DNA of 39,852 bases from a virus. Lineage: Duplodnaviria > Caudoviricetes. Within the stretch, counting starts at the first letter, position 1, and each line of letters starts with the position of its first letter. The stretch is taken from IMG/VR virus record IMGVR_UViG_3300032212_000684, positions 1 to 39,852 of that record, one strand, 5' to 3'. A model generated the notes under the pieces. That model had not been told where the DNA came from, did not search any database, and worked only from the letters and a program-made list of their open reading frames with translations. Shown in pieces: positions 27,956-37,089 of this stretch. The position numbers and the translations under genes were made by a program.

Positions 27956-28147
27956 ATGACTATAATTTTTTCTGTTTGGCGATTTGTGTTTTCGATAGGT
28001 TGGGCTAAATCAGGTACATGGATGACTACCGAACGCAATCAGCGGCGAATTTATATCCTGTCTATCCACGTGCTTGAAAAAGACAACAATCGAGCGCTAA
28101 ATTTTATTTTAGGCCCTATTTCACTAATCGTGGGCTATGCGGTTTGA
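27956..28147 (+). CDS. Hypothetical protein
   Basis: SD GGGAG, 63 aa. Confidence 0.5.
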   Translation: MTIIFSVWRFVFSIGWAKSGTWMTTERNQRRIYILSIHVLEKDNNRALNFILGPISLIVGYAV

Positions 28148-28157
28148 GGCAAACGTG

Positions 28158-28610
28158 ATGACCGAATCAAAACAACGCTACTACAAACTACTCCCCATCG
28201 CCAAACGCCAACTGGGCTGGGATGAGGAATTCTACCGCAACGTGTTCCTGAAAAAACACGGCGCCAAAATCAAGGATGGTAAGTACTCTGCCAGCACCAT
28301 GTCGTTGGGGCAGCTTATGCAGGCTTATACCTATGCTAAAAAATGTGGTTTTAAACCCAGGCCGAAAAAAAGCTCTCCGGCCAATGTCGTGGATTGGCGT
28401 GCGGCACGTATTAAAAAAATCACCGCTTTGTGGTGTGCATTGGCCGATGCCGGTGTGGTGCGCGACCGCAGTGAAAAAGCCATGCTGTCGTATTGCACCC
28501 GGATTACAAAAAAACAGCGCCTGCAATGGTATCTAAGCCACGAGCTCAATAAATGCATTGAGTCGTTGAAGTCCTGGGCGGCGCGCGAAAAGGTGATCTT
28601 AAGCGAATGA
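28158..28610 (+). CDS. gemA: GemA / Mu gp16-family regulator (DUF1018)
   Basis: IAKRQLGWDEE.YR...S...M...GFK...KITALW..L...G.V...E.A...IESLK.W motif. Directly before mor. Confidence 0.88.
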   Translation: MTESKQRYYKLLPIAKRQLGWDEEFYRNVFLKKHGAKIKDGKYSASTMSLGQLMQAYTYAKKCGFKPRPKKSSPANVVDWRAARIKKITALWCALADAGVVRDRSEKAMLSYCTRITKKQRLQWYLSHELNKCIESLKSWAAREKVILSE

Positions 28611-29023
28611 ATTTTGATACCATCGATATTGATGAAAAATTGCTGTCACCATTGACACGCATATTTGCTCAGGCCATTGGACTGCCACAAACACTTGCGT
28701 TGATCAAAGCGCGTGGTGGTACACAGATTCGCATACCCGTCGAGCCTGAGTTATCAAGTGAGTTATCAAAAATTATCACACGCGAGAGTATCGCAAAACT
28801 ATCTGCCCGATACGGTGGCCAGCGCTTTGATCTACCCAAAGACGATCGTGCTACTCGACAAATTCGAGATATGGCCATTCGCAAAGGCTTTAAAACAAAA
28901 ACAGCACCAATGCTCGCATTGGAGTATGGCTTGTCGCGTAAACAGATTTTTAATATTTGCAAAGATGTGAAAAGAGAAAGTCCGAATCTCGAATTATTCC
29001 CACTTGACACAGCCTCAAAATAG
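28607..29023 (+). CDS. mor: Mor/C-family transcriptional activator
   Basis: IG....L.L....GG..I.IP...L...YGG....LPK...RD..I...LA.EYGLS..QI..I motif. Confidence 0.9.
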   Translation: MNFDTIDIDEKLLSPLTRIFAQAIGLPQTLALIKARGGTQIRIPVEPELSSELSKIITRESIAKLSARYGGQRFDLPKDDRATRQIRDMAIRKGFKTKTAPMLALEYGLSRKQIFNICKDVKRESPNLELFPLDTASK

Positions 29024-29111
29024 TCTGATCATAAAAAACACATCTCGCCAAGCCAGGCGGGAAACATTTCCCGCCTGATAATTCTTGTTCTTTTCGGCCA
29101 TGCTTGCACTC
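29003..29111 (+). promoter_or_regulatory. Late promoter cassette of the right (lysis-packaging) arm
   Basis: CTTGACAC (TTGACA at 29004-09), 45 bp, dyad AGGCGGGAAACATTTCCCGCCT (29055-76), 22 bp, CATGCT, 7 bp, ATG at 29112. Confidence 0.75.
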
Positions 29112-29615
29112 ATGGCGACTCAAAACCCACGTAACATTAATCAAATCATTATCCACTGTTCGGCAACGCGCAATGGCAAATGGTTTTCGGTTAACGATAT
29201 CGATCACTGGCATAGCTTGCCGCCATTTAACTTCAAACGTTCTGACGCATTCCGAAAGCGACAAAACTCACTACTTAAAAGCATTGGTTATCATTTTGTG
29301 ATTTACACCAACGGTGCTGTGGCTACTGGGCGTCATTTGGATGAAGTGGGTGCACACGCCAAAGGATTAAACCAAAAATCCATTGGTGTCTGTCTGATCG
29401 GTACTGATAAATTCAGCAAAGCGCAATGGCAATCACTCAAAGCCAACATTAGTGGGCTTGAAAGACACTATAAAACGCCTTCAAAACCATTTCGAATCAT
29501 TGGTCACAATGAAATTAATAAGGCAAAAATCTGCCCTGGATTCGACGTGCAAGCCTGGATTAAAGGGGAGCGGAAACCATTAACTGATCACTTGCTAGAG
29601 GTGTCTGATGAATAG
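29112..29615 (+). CDS. Endolysin, N-acetylmuramoyl-L-alanine amidase (T7 lysozyme-like)
   Basis: IIIHCSAT, IGYHFVI, GR....VGAH..G.N..SIGVCLIG and GHNE...K.CPGFDV motifs. Start placed at 29112 by symmetry with the left cassette. Confidence 0.93.
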   Translation: MATQNPRNINQIIIHCSATRNGKWFSVNDIDHWHSLPPFNFKRSDAFRKRQNSLLKSIGYHFVIYTNGAVATGRHLDEVGAHAKGLNQKSIGVCLIGTDKFSKAQWQSLKANISGLERHYKTPSKPFRIIGHNEINKAKICPGFDVQAWIKGERKPLTDHLLEVSDE

Positions 29616-29976
29616 CCTGGTTATATTTTGTGTGTTGTTATATTTTGCCATATTGTGTTTGTCGCCCTTTTTTCTGATCAAATCTTTACGTAATTCTGCT
29701 CGACAGTACATCCGTTTGCGATTGCTGTTTCTGAGATTTATTTATTTTTATCGCCACGAAAAGCGCTTGCTTAATCGGGCTGATAAATTATTGCAGCGTG
29801 AATTTGATGACGGTCGCGCATTAAGCCAGTCGAATAGTTTATATATGCAGTCTCAGAAGGTCGCAGCCGAAGCGGCTCAATTTAAACACCTGCTAACCCA
29901 ATTGTGTGTCGTACATCAAAAACAATTCCCTGCCACCGTATTGTCAATTAAAGCAAAGCTCACGGAAATGACATGA
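29608..29976 (+). CDS. Hypothetical membrane-anchored protein
   Basis: N-terminal TM helix. GAGG SD. Overlaps the endolysin stop. Confidence 0.6.
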   Translation: MNSLVIFCVLLYFAILCLSPFFLIKSLRNSARQYIRLRLLFLRFIYFYRHEKRLLNRADKLLQREFDDGRALSQSNSLYMQSQKVAAEAAQFKHLLTQLCVVHQKQFPATVLSIKAKLTEMT

Positions 29977-30119
29977 ACGAATACCTGATGTATTTCGCCG
30001 AAAGTATCATCATCGCCTTTGTGATTGGTGGCCTCATGGGGGCAATTATATCTGTTCACATTAGCAAAAAAAGAGAAAGGGAACATGAGCGATCTCGCAG
30101 ACAACGCCCAAATAATTGA
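29973..30119 (+). CDS. Small single-TM peptide with basic C-terminus (48 aa), possible lysis accessory
   Basis: MNEYLMYFAESIIIAFVIGGLMGAIISVHISKKRERE..., ATGA overlap. Translated by hand. Confidence 0.55.
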   Translation: MNEYLMYFAESIIIAFVIGGLMGAIISVHISKKREREHERSRRQRPNN

Positions 30120-30312
30120 ACAAATGGAACGCGATGCTGCGTTGAAAAATCGACAGTCGCCAACAGATTCACCACAGTTGCTAATTGATGGTCAGGTGGT
30201 ATGCATCGACTGCGAAGAACCCATCGAACTGAAACGGCTGAAATATATTGTGAATGCCAGTCGTTGTCATCATTGTCAGACCGACTTTGAAAATCAGGGG
30301 ACGGCTGCATGA
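30085..30312 (+). CDS. TraR/DksA C4-type zinc finger protein
   Basis: MSDLADNAQ..E...CIDCEEPI...RL......RCHHCQ motif. Confidence 0.88.
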   Translation: MSDLADNAQIIEQMERDAALKNRQSPTDSPQLLIDGQVVCIDCEEPIELKRLKYIVNASRCHHCQTDFENQGTAA

Positions 30313-30536
30313 ACGAACAGGCCATTCTGTTATTGGGTGAAATTAAAGGTCGATTGGATGGTATGGATACTCGGCTGGAATCCATTGATACACGCACCGA
30401 ATCGATGGATGGGCGATTGCGTAAAGTGGAAACTAAGGCCGCAGTAAACGGTGCGATTTCGGGTGGCTTTGCGGGTGTTGGTGTTGCACTGATTGTGGCG
30501 AGTGTCAAAGCCGCCATGAAGACAAACATTACCTGA
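30309..30536 (+). CDS. Coiled-coil protein with C-terminal TM helix
   Basis: Heptad repeats (LDGMDTR LESIDTR TESMDGR) followed by a hydrophobic Gly-rich helix. Confidence 0.7.
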   Translation: MNEQAILLLGEIKGRLDGMDTRLESIDTRTESMDGRLRKVETKAAVNGAISGGFAGVGVALIVASVKAAMKTNIT

Positions 30537-31033
30537 TGGCTCACCCCCTAGAAACCCGTGTTGCTGTTCGTCGCAGTTATGTGCATGAGCGCTTACCCTT
30601 GGAGCAAGCAGCGGAAAAGCACGGTGTCAGTTATCACACTGCGCGTACCTGGAAAAAAAGGGCTCACTTAGGCGGAGATGACTGGGACACGGCACGCCAG
30701 GCATCTCGCATGGCCAATGGCAACCTGGGCGATCTGACTAACCAGGTATTAGAAGATTTTGCCTTGTTGTTTCAAAACACCATGAAGGACATTACTGACG
30801 GTGAGTATGACGCGTTAAAAAAGGCGGAAGCCTTAAGTCGGCTCAGTGATGCCTATACCAAAACTATGAAAGCTGCTGGTGGTGGCAACTCAAAGCTCGC
30901 TGAGTTTTCGGTGGCACTGAAAGTACTGGAAGAACTCGCTGCTTTTATTCGTGAGCAATATCCTGATCAATTGGAAACCTTCAGCATCATCCTGGAGCCA
31001 TTCGGCGCGAAGCTCAGTGAGGTGTTCGGGTGA
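30536..31033 (+). CDS. DUF1804-family protein, probable terminase small subunit
   Basis: MAH..ETR..VRRSYV...L.LE.AA...GVSY.TAR.WK......GDDWD.AR motif. Upstream of TerL. Confidence 0.85.
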   Translation: MAHPLETRVAVRRSYVHERLPLEQAAEKHGVSYHTARTWKKRAHLGGDDWDTARQASRMANGNLGDLTNQVLEDFALLFQNTMKDITDGEYDALKKAEALSRLSDAYTKTMKAAGGGNSKLAEFSVALKVLEELAAFIREQYPDQLETFSIILEPFGAKLSEVFG

Positions 31034-31091
31034 TCATGTTAACCATTATTGTTTTTACTGTCGCAATCTCGATTGCACTCTGGAGGATGTG

Positions 31092-31619
31092 ATGAGTTTT
31101 TTTAATTCAGTAACAAAATTCCTGACTGGTGGTGCTGGTGAAGAAGTTGTGAAACTCGGCGGCAAAATTGTTGATGCAGTGGCCGGACAGTTTCCGGATA
31201 AACTATCCGATAAACAAAAAGCTGATATTCAGCTGACGGTCGACAATGCATTGCGTGAACATGAAATCAAGTTACTGGCTCTGGCACAGCAGGAAGACCA
31301 ACGCTTTAACGATCGCATCAAGGATATGGAAGGTACCGCTAATGATTTGCTGGTGGCTGGCTGGATTGGCAAACTGGTGATTCTACTACGTGGTGCGCAA
31401 CGGCCTATCTGGGGCTACTTTGTTTTGTACATGGATTTCATGGTGTTTTCCGGTGCCTGGAATATTGTTTCGCCGATATCAGATATTGAAAAGGTCACGG
31501 ATGGACTAAATCTGGTGTCGGCGTTCTGGGTTATCAATTTTCTTGTGCTTGGCTTTTTGTTTGGCGAGCGGGCCATGCGTAATGTTTTACCTATTATTCA
31601 AGGTCTGCGAAATCGATAA
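31092..31619 (+). CDS. Membrane protein, putative holin (3TM-holin-like)
   Basis: SD GGAGG, ATG at 31092. RP.WGY...LGFLFGERA motif with TM helices. Confidence 0.65.
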   Translation: MSFFNSVTKFLTGGAGEEVVKLGGKIVDAVAGQFPDKLSDKQKADIQLTVDNALREHEIKLLALAQQEDQRFNDRIKDMEGTANDLLVAGWIGKLVILLRGAQRPIWGYFVLYMDFMVFSGAWNIVSPISDIEKVTDGLNLVSAFWVINFLVLGFLFGERAMRNVLPIIQGLRNR

Positions 31620-33352
31620 TGTCAGACCTGTCTGAAAAGGATTTTCTTGCTGAACTGGAATTACTCACCTCCAGTTTACGGCAGGAAATTGAGGCAAAAG
31701 CACTCGGTCTGGATACATCCTCTGAAGCCATTAAAGCCAGACGAAAAAGAGTACTCAAAAATAACGATTTTGAGTTTTTTGCTTATACCTATTTTCCGCA
31801 CCACATATATGGCGAGCCGTCTCTATTTCAGCAACATTTTTGCAAACGGGTACCACAACTTTTAGCTCAAGAAGCTGGTTGCCTGGAATGGTGGGTTGCA
31901 CCCAGGGGTGAAGCTAAATCAAGTCTCGCATCAAAAATACTTCCGATTTTTTGTGCTGCACGCGCTTTGTTGTCACGTCCAGAAACTCGTTTGGAAGTTA
32001 ACTGGAAAGGCAAAACGCCGCCAATTATCGATTACATTCTATTTTTAGGTGCCGAAACCCGGTTGCCAACTAAATTAATGGAGATAGTCAAGACCGAGCA
32101 TTTGGTTAATATGAACCTTGCATTAGATTTTCCAGAGATAGCAGGTAAAGGTAAGGTCTGGCGATATGGTGAGGCATTAACAAATAACGGGATTAAGTAT
32201 GAAGCGAGAGGTGCCGAACAGGCGGTCCGGGGTGCCACGGAAGGCGCAGGGCGCCCAAAATTACTAGTTCCTGACGATATCATTACCGACAAAGAGGCTA
32301 AATCAGAAACCGAAAGAAACAATCGCTGGGATTGGATTGAAAAAAGTATTGAATATTTAGGGCCACCTGATGGCTCATTGAAAAGTATCGGTGTTGGCAC
32401 AATTCTCAATAAAGACTGCCCCATATCTCGCGCAAAAAAAACCATCGGTCACCTGGTTCATCATTTTAAAGCAATTATCAAATTTCCAGTGAATGACGGT
32501 CTGTGGCAGAAATGTGAAGAACTCATGCGCAATGATGACAAACCCATTGCCCAAGCGTTTGCAGATAAAGACAAAGTCGCTAAGCAAGAAGATTTACCCT
32601 CATATAAATTCTACAAACGCAACAGAAAAGCAATGGATAAAGGTGCCGTAATTTCATGGCCATCCGTGCGATCGCTTTATTGGCTGATGAGCAAAAGAGC
32701 CAAAAGTAAAAGAGCTTTCGGCACCGAAATGCAGGGTGAAGCCAAAAGTGATGAAGATACGGTTTTTACTGAATATCAATTTTGGGTTTCTCGCTTAAAT
32801 CATTGGATTCACTTCGGTGCCTGTGACCCTTCAATAGGTAAAGGTCAAACTGCACATCCCTCAGCAATACTCGGCGGTGCATGGGATACCAATACAAAAA
32901 AACTCCATGTTGAATATGCCAGTATAAAACGACGTGTTCCCAGTAAATTGGAAGCCGATTTAATCGCATTTCAAAAAGAGTTTAATGCACTTGGTATCGC
33001 GTTTGAAAACAGTAACGCTTATGAACACTCTCGCACCACGTTTATTAAAGCGGCAGCCGCGCAAGGCGTTAGTCTACCACTGGTTGGCTATCCACCCTCA
33101 GTGGATAAAATGATTCGAATCGAATCATTGGAGCCGTTTATTACCGGTATTGATCCACGTATTTTATTTCATGCAGGATTGAAACGATTACTCGAAGAAC
33201 TGGATGACTTTCCGGAAAAACAAACAGAACACGATTTTGACGGGCTTGATGCACTCGAACTGTTATGGCGAATTGCCGTTGCTCGTGGATCCGGTGTACC
33301 GCAAATTGCAACACGAAAAGCAAGATCGAGCCACTATCAAGGGTATGATTGA
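31619..33352 (+). CDS. Terminase large subunit
   Basis: APRGEAKS (Walker A-like), RP.LLV.DDI, VGT, GACDPS and HD.DGLDALE nuclease motifs. Confidence 0.93.
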   Translation: MSDLSEKDFLAELELLTSSLRQEIEAKALGLDTSSEAIKARRKRVLKNNDFEFFAYTYFPHHIYGEPSLFQQHFCKRVPQLLAQEAGCLEWWVAPRGEAKSSLASKILPIFCAARALLSRPETRLEVNWKGKTPPIIDYILFLGAETRLPTKLMEIVKTEHLVNMNLALDFPEIAGKGKVWRYGEALTNNGIKYEARGAEQAVRGATEGAGRPKLLVPDDIITDKEAKSETERNNRWDWIEKSIEYLGPPDGSLKSIGVGTILNKDCPISRAKKTIGHLVHHFKAIIKFPVNDGLWQKCEELMRNDDKPIAQAFADKDKVAKQEDLPSYKFYKRNRKAMDKGAVISWPSVRSLYWLMSKRAKSKRAFGTEMQGEAKSDEDTVFTEYQFWVSRLNHWIHFGACDPSIGKGQTAHPSAILGGAWDTNTKKLHVEYASIKRRVPSKLEADLIAFQKEFNALGIAFENSNAYEHSRTTFIKAAAAQGVSLPLVGYPPSVDKMIRIESLEPFITGIDPRILFHAGLKRLLEELDDFPEKQTEHDFDGLDALELLWRIAVARGSGVPQIATRKARSSHYQGYD

Positions 33353-34860
33353 TGGACACATCACACATTAAAAAAGCTACCAAACACACGTTAACCAATG
33401 AGATCGCCACTCGGCAAAGTGATCCGAATTTTTATGGTGCTTTGTCATTCTTGCCCAATCCAGACACAGTGTTGCGTAATTTGGGTAAAAGCTGGGAAGC
33501 CTTCGATGCCATTTATGGTGATGCTCACGTCATGGGTGAACTACGTTCCATTCGATCGGGTATGTTGTCGTTTGAATACCGCCTCAATGCCGCCAGTGAT
33601 GATGCGCAGGACGTGAGGGCCAAAGAGTTGTGTGATCAGGTGTTAAAACACAAACCTGCACCTGGCATGACCTGGTCAGATGTCATCTGGAATATGGCCA
33701 AATCCATATTTTTCGGTTTTGCAGTGCACGAAGTGATCTGGCAACGACAAGGTAATTTTTTAATTCCCGGTTTGGTGCTGGATAAGCCACAACGTCGTTT
33801 TGTGTTTGGTACTGAAAATGAATTGCGCTTGCGCACCCGTGAAAATCTCATGAATGGCGAAGAGCTGGGCGATAAAAAATGGTTGCTAACCCGGCATATG
33901 CCCAGCTATGACAATCCATACGGTATTGCTGTCTTCTCTGCCTGTTTCTGGCCATATATTTTTAAACATAATGGTTTTAAGTACTTCGCCAAATTTTGTG
34001 AAAAATACGGTATCCCTTGGGCCATCGGTAAGCTGCCCATGGGCACCGATAAAACCGTACAGGACGAAATGCTGGCCAACCTTGTCAGTATGATTGAAGA
34101 TGCTGTTGCCACCATTCCCAGCGATGGCAGTGTCGAGCTGCTGGAGCATTTACATTCCGGTCAGTTGGTACATGAACGCTTGATCCAGGTTTGCAACAGT
34201 GAAATGAGTAAAGCACTCACGTCACAAACACTGGCCACCGAAGTGCAGGATAAAGGTGCGCGCGCGGTTTCCGAAACCCATCGAGAACGGGAGCAATCCG
34301 TCAATGAGTCCGATCGTGAAACCATTTGCGATACCTTCAATCAATTGTTCGCCTGGATCACCGAATTAAACATTTCCGGTGCGCAACCGCCCAAGTTTGA
34401 ATTTTACGAAGAGGCTGAAGCACGTAAAGAATGGGTGGAGGTATTAACCGGTGCAAATAGTCTGGTTGATATCCCTAAACAATTTGCCCATGATCGCTTG
34501 CAGATTCCCATGCCTAAAGATGGCGAGGAAGTACTGCCAAAAACCAACAGTAAACCACCAACTGCACAACCCGAGTTTTCCACTTGCCCACATTGCGGTG
34601 AAGCCCATGATTTTAATGCGCAGGATGATGAGTTTGAACAACTCATCAGCAATGCCAGTGACCAGGCTGACACCATCATTACCGACATGGCTGGCCCGAT
34701 CAAACAGCTGCTGATCAGCTATGAAAAAGACGGCAAATCCATGAAAGACTTTCAGGATGCCTTGGTGCAAATGTATCCCGGCATCGACGAAAACCGGTTG
34801 GCCGATCATACTCGTGATGTTTTGCTGTTGGGTTTATTGCAGGGGATGGATGATGCTTAA
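33352..34860 (+). CDS. Portal protein (Mu gp29-like, DUF935)
   Basis: NPYG.A.FS.C.WP..FK......F.EKYG.PW.IGK and N.EMSKAL..QTL.T motifs. Follows TerL. Confidence 0.93.
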   Translation: MDTSHIKKATKHTLTNEIATRQSDPNFYGALSFLPNPDTVLRNLGKSWEAFDAIYGDAHVMGELRSIRSGMLSFEYRLNAASDDAQDVRAKELCDQVLKHKPAPGMTWSDVIWNMAKSIFFGFAVHEVIWQRQGNFLIPGLVLDKPQRRFVFGTENELRLRTRENLMNGEELGDKKWLLTRHMPSYDNPYGIAVFSACFWPYIFKHNGFKYFAKFCEKYGIPWAIGKLPMGTDKTVQDEMLANLVSMIEDAVATIPSDGSVELLEHLHSGQLVHERLIQVCNSEMSKALTSQTLATEVQDKGARAVSETHREREQSVNESDRETICDTFNQLFAWITELNISGAQPPKFEFYEEAEARKEWVEVLTGANSLVDIPKQFAHDRLQIPMPKDGEEVLPKTNSKPPTAQPEFSTCPHCGEAHDFNAQDDEFEQLISNASDQADTIITDMAGPIKQLLISYEKDGKSMKDFQDALVQMYPGIDENRLADHTRDVLLLGLLQGMDDA

Positions 34861-35137
34861 CGTTCTGGTTATTGTATCCGCTAGCCTTTTCATTGGCTTG
34901 CCAGCTGTAAATGTTTTGCGGGCCCATGACCATGTATCTAATGCTTCGTTATTAATAACTTACACACCAAAAAAACCACAATTGCACACATCCAAGACGA
35001 TGCCACCGTGCACACTGTTGCGGCAGTCTAAGAAAAACGCATCGTTGTCGGTGCCCAGAGCACCACCCGATCGATTAATAATTGTTTGTACCAGAGCGCC
35101 GTTCCTGTTCCGCAAAACTCGAACTCACTGGGCGTGA
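34853..35137 (+). CDS. Hypothetical protein with N-terminal hydrophobic segment
   Basis: Start overlaps the portal stop. AGGGG SD. Confidence 0.45.
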   Translation: MLNVLVIVSASLFIGLPAVNVLRAHDHVSNASLLITYTPKKPQLHTSKTMPPCTLLRQSKKNASLSVPRAPPDRLIIVCTRAPFLFRKTRTHWA

Positions 35138-35236
35138 TGACATAAATACAGTGGCTACATAGACAAGGACGATGCTTCACTCTTTGTTTAAAGGCGAAGA
35201 GTGGAGCAATTCAACAATTACAACCGCGAGGTAAAC

Positions 35237-35461
35237 ATGGATAATCAACATCAAAAAATCAAAGGCTATCGTGACCTGAGCCAGGAAGAAATCGATTTGA
35301 TGAATGAAGGCAAGGAACTGGCGGAAAAATGTGGTGAGTTTATTGCCAAGCTCAATAAACAGGATGGCATTGATCAGTGCTGGGTAAGTATTGCCAAAAC
35401 GGATCTGCAAAAAGGATTTATGTCTGCAATACGATCCATTGCACAGCCTACAACTTTTTAA
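35237..35461 (+). CDS. acb2: Anti-CBASS protein Acb2 family (cyclic nucleotide sponge)
   Basis: MDNQHQKIKGYRDLSQEEIDLMNEGK...W.SIAKTDLQKGFMSAIRSIAQP.TF closely matches Acb2 as I recall it. SD GAGG. Confidence 0.9.
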   Translation: MDNQHQKIKGYRDLSQEEIDLMNEGKELAEKCGEFIAKLNKQDGIDQCWVSIAKTDLQKGFMSAIRSIAQPTTF

Positions 35462-35486
35462 TATTCGTTTATTTTAAGTATTGGAA

Positions 35487-35732
35487 ATGAAATATATTTA
35501 CTGGGCTTCAACAAGGAATTATTGGGTGTGGATTGCATTTTCAATTTTTATATGCATTCCGATAGCTTCGTCCATTCTAATAATAGATATGGTGAAAAAT
35601 GTTCTCGTTAAAACAGTTGCAGCGGTTTATGACGAGATTCGAGATGTGTGGGTAGAGTTGGCAAAGTATAAACCCGAATTTACTCGCAAGAACTTTAATA
35701 AGAAAAAAAAGCGTAATAACTTAGCAACATAA
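35487..35732 (+). CDS. Small membrane protein, AT-rich
   Basis: TM helix and basic C-terminus. Ends 1 nt before the MuF start. Confidence 0.55.
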   Translation: MKYIYWASTRNYWVWIAFSIFICIPIASSILIIDMVKNVLVKTVAAVYDEIRDVWVELAKYKPEFTRKNFNKKKKRNNLAT

Positions 35733-35733
35733 T

Positions 35734-36978
35734 ATGCCTGATATTAAGCCAGGTTCCGTCAAATTCGAAGAAGCGATCGACTTCTATCGAAAAAAACTCC
35801 AGATCTCCACCCGCTACTGGGATGAAATACTGGGAACCGTACATGCCCGCGCGTTTACGGTTGCAGGTGCCGTAAAAGCAGATCTGCTGAGCGATTTATA
35901 CAATGACGTTCAAGCAGCAATAAACGATGGTGAATCCATTGGCCAGTTCCGAAAACGTTTCGATAAAACCGTTGAAAAACATGGTTGGAAATACAAAGGT
36001 GATCGCGGCTGGCGAACCCGGATTATTTATGACACCAACTTACGCACTGCCCGCATGGCAGGTCGTTGGCAACAAATTCAACGCACAAAAAAAAGCCGGC
36101 CTTATTTGCAATACCTGACAGCCGGTGATACCCGCGTCCGCCCTGAACATGCAGCATGGAATGAAAAGGTACTACTGATTGATGACACCTGGTGGGATAC
36201 ACATTACCCACCTAATGGCTGGGGCTGCCGCTGCACGGTTCGCACATTAAGCCAACGACAGTTGGAAAGAGCCGATTTAACCGTATCCAAAGCACCACCA
36301 CTGGAAGAATCAGAACGCATCAATGTCCGTACCGGTGAAGTCTATGGGGACGTGCCAAAAGGCATCGATGTCGGCTGGAATTACAATGTCGGCAAAGCTT
36401 GGCTGGGGCCAGATATCGATTTTGGTAGCAAGTTAATGGAGCTGCCTGGTGGTCTACGAAACCAGGCACTACAGTCAGCAAAATCATTGACACCAAATTT
36501 TCAACACGAATTCAGCCCATGGGTTAACAAGTTAATTCAAAGTAAAAAACCACTGGGCGAAATAAAAACAGTCGGCTATTTAACACCTGCTGTCATTGAT
36601 GAGTTAGTCAAACGAAAACTGGCACCCGCAACAGCAGTGATTACCGTTAGCGATCGCGATCTGGTTCACGCTATCAGAGACGCCAAAGACGGCAAACATC
36701 TACCACTGGATTTATTACGTGGCTTACCTGACGAACTGTTGAACGCGAAAGCCGTATTATTTGATAAACGAAATCCCGCTTTGTTATTTGTTTTCGATAG
36801 TCCCGGAAAGGAACGTGAAGGCAAATTGGTTGTACACGTCAATTATAAAACCAAGTTTCGCTCTAATCAGGGTGAGCGCTTTACACGACAAAGTAATGCT
36901 GTGGTGACGACCGGACAGGTGCCATTAAGCAGCCTGAAAAATAAGTCTTTCTATGAAGTAATAGAGGGAGGTTTATAA
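35734..36978 (+). CDS. MuF (gp30-like) minor head protein with C-terminal extension resembling PBECR-type nucleases
   Basis: AFTVAGA, IY.TN.RTA..AGRW, D.RVRPEH..W and PPNGWGCRC.V MuF motifs. About 170 extra residues, including H..RDAK...L..LP..L.....VLFD......LLFV...KLVV.V...V.T. Confidence 0.88.
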   Translation: MPDIKPGSVKFEEAIDFYRKKLQISTRYWDEILGTVHARAFTVAGAVKADLLSDLYNDVQAAINDGESIGQFRKRFDKTVEKHGWKYKGDRGWRTRIIYDTNLRTARMAGRWQQIQRTKKSRPYLQYLTAGDTRVRPEHAAWNEKVLLIDDTWWDTHYPPNGWGCRCTVRTLSQRQLERADLTVSKAPPLEESERINVRTGEVYGDVPKGIDVGWNYNVGKAWLGPDIDFGSKLMELPGGLRNQALQSAKSLTPNFQHEFSPWVNKLIQSKKPLGEIKTVGYLTPAVIDELVKRKLAPATAVITVSDRDLVHAIRDAKDGKHLPLDLLRGLPDELLNAKAVLFDKRNPALLFVFDSPGKEREGKLVVHVNYKTKFRSNQGERFTRQSNAVVTTGQVPLSSLKNKSFYEVIEGGL

Positions 36979-36981
36979 AGA

Positions 36982-37086
36982 AGGTGCCGCTGGGGGGGCT
37001 CGCCAAACACCCCGCAAGTTTCGCTGCTACCAGGGCAGGATAACCAAAGCCGGACTAAGCGATTTTACGGTTGTCCAGCGACACCT
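36982..37086 (-). ncRNA. Candidate tRNA-shaped small RNA of about 105 nt, convergent on the MuF gene
   Basis: 5' and 3' ends form a 12-bp stem (one G-U on the minus strand). Three internal arms. A sigma70 promoter sits directly upstream. Confidence 0.6.
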
Positions 37087-37089
37087 GTA

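Noticed and set aside
30056-30544. 162-aa minus-strand ORF
   Set aside because: Antisense to TraR/DksA and its coupled neighbour, with no independent support.
36982-37086. Canonical tRNA gene
   Set aside because: Cloverleaf-like, but it has a 12-bp terminal stem, no TTCGA T-loop, no standard D-loop and no CCA end. Kept only as a tRNA-shaped RNA candidate.
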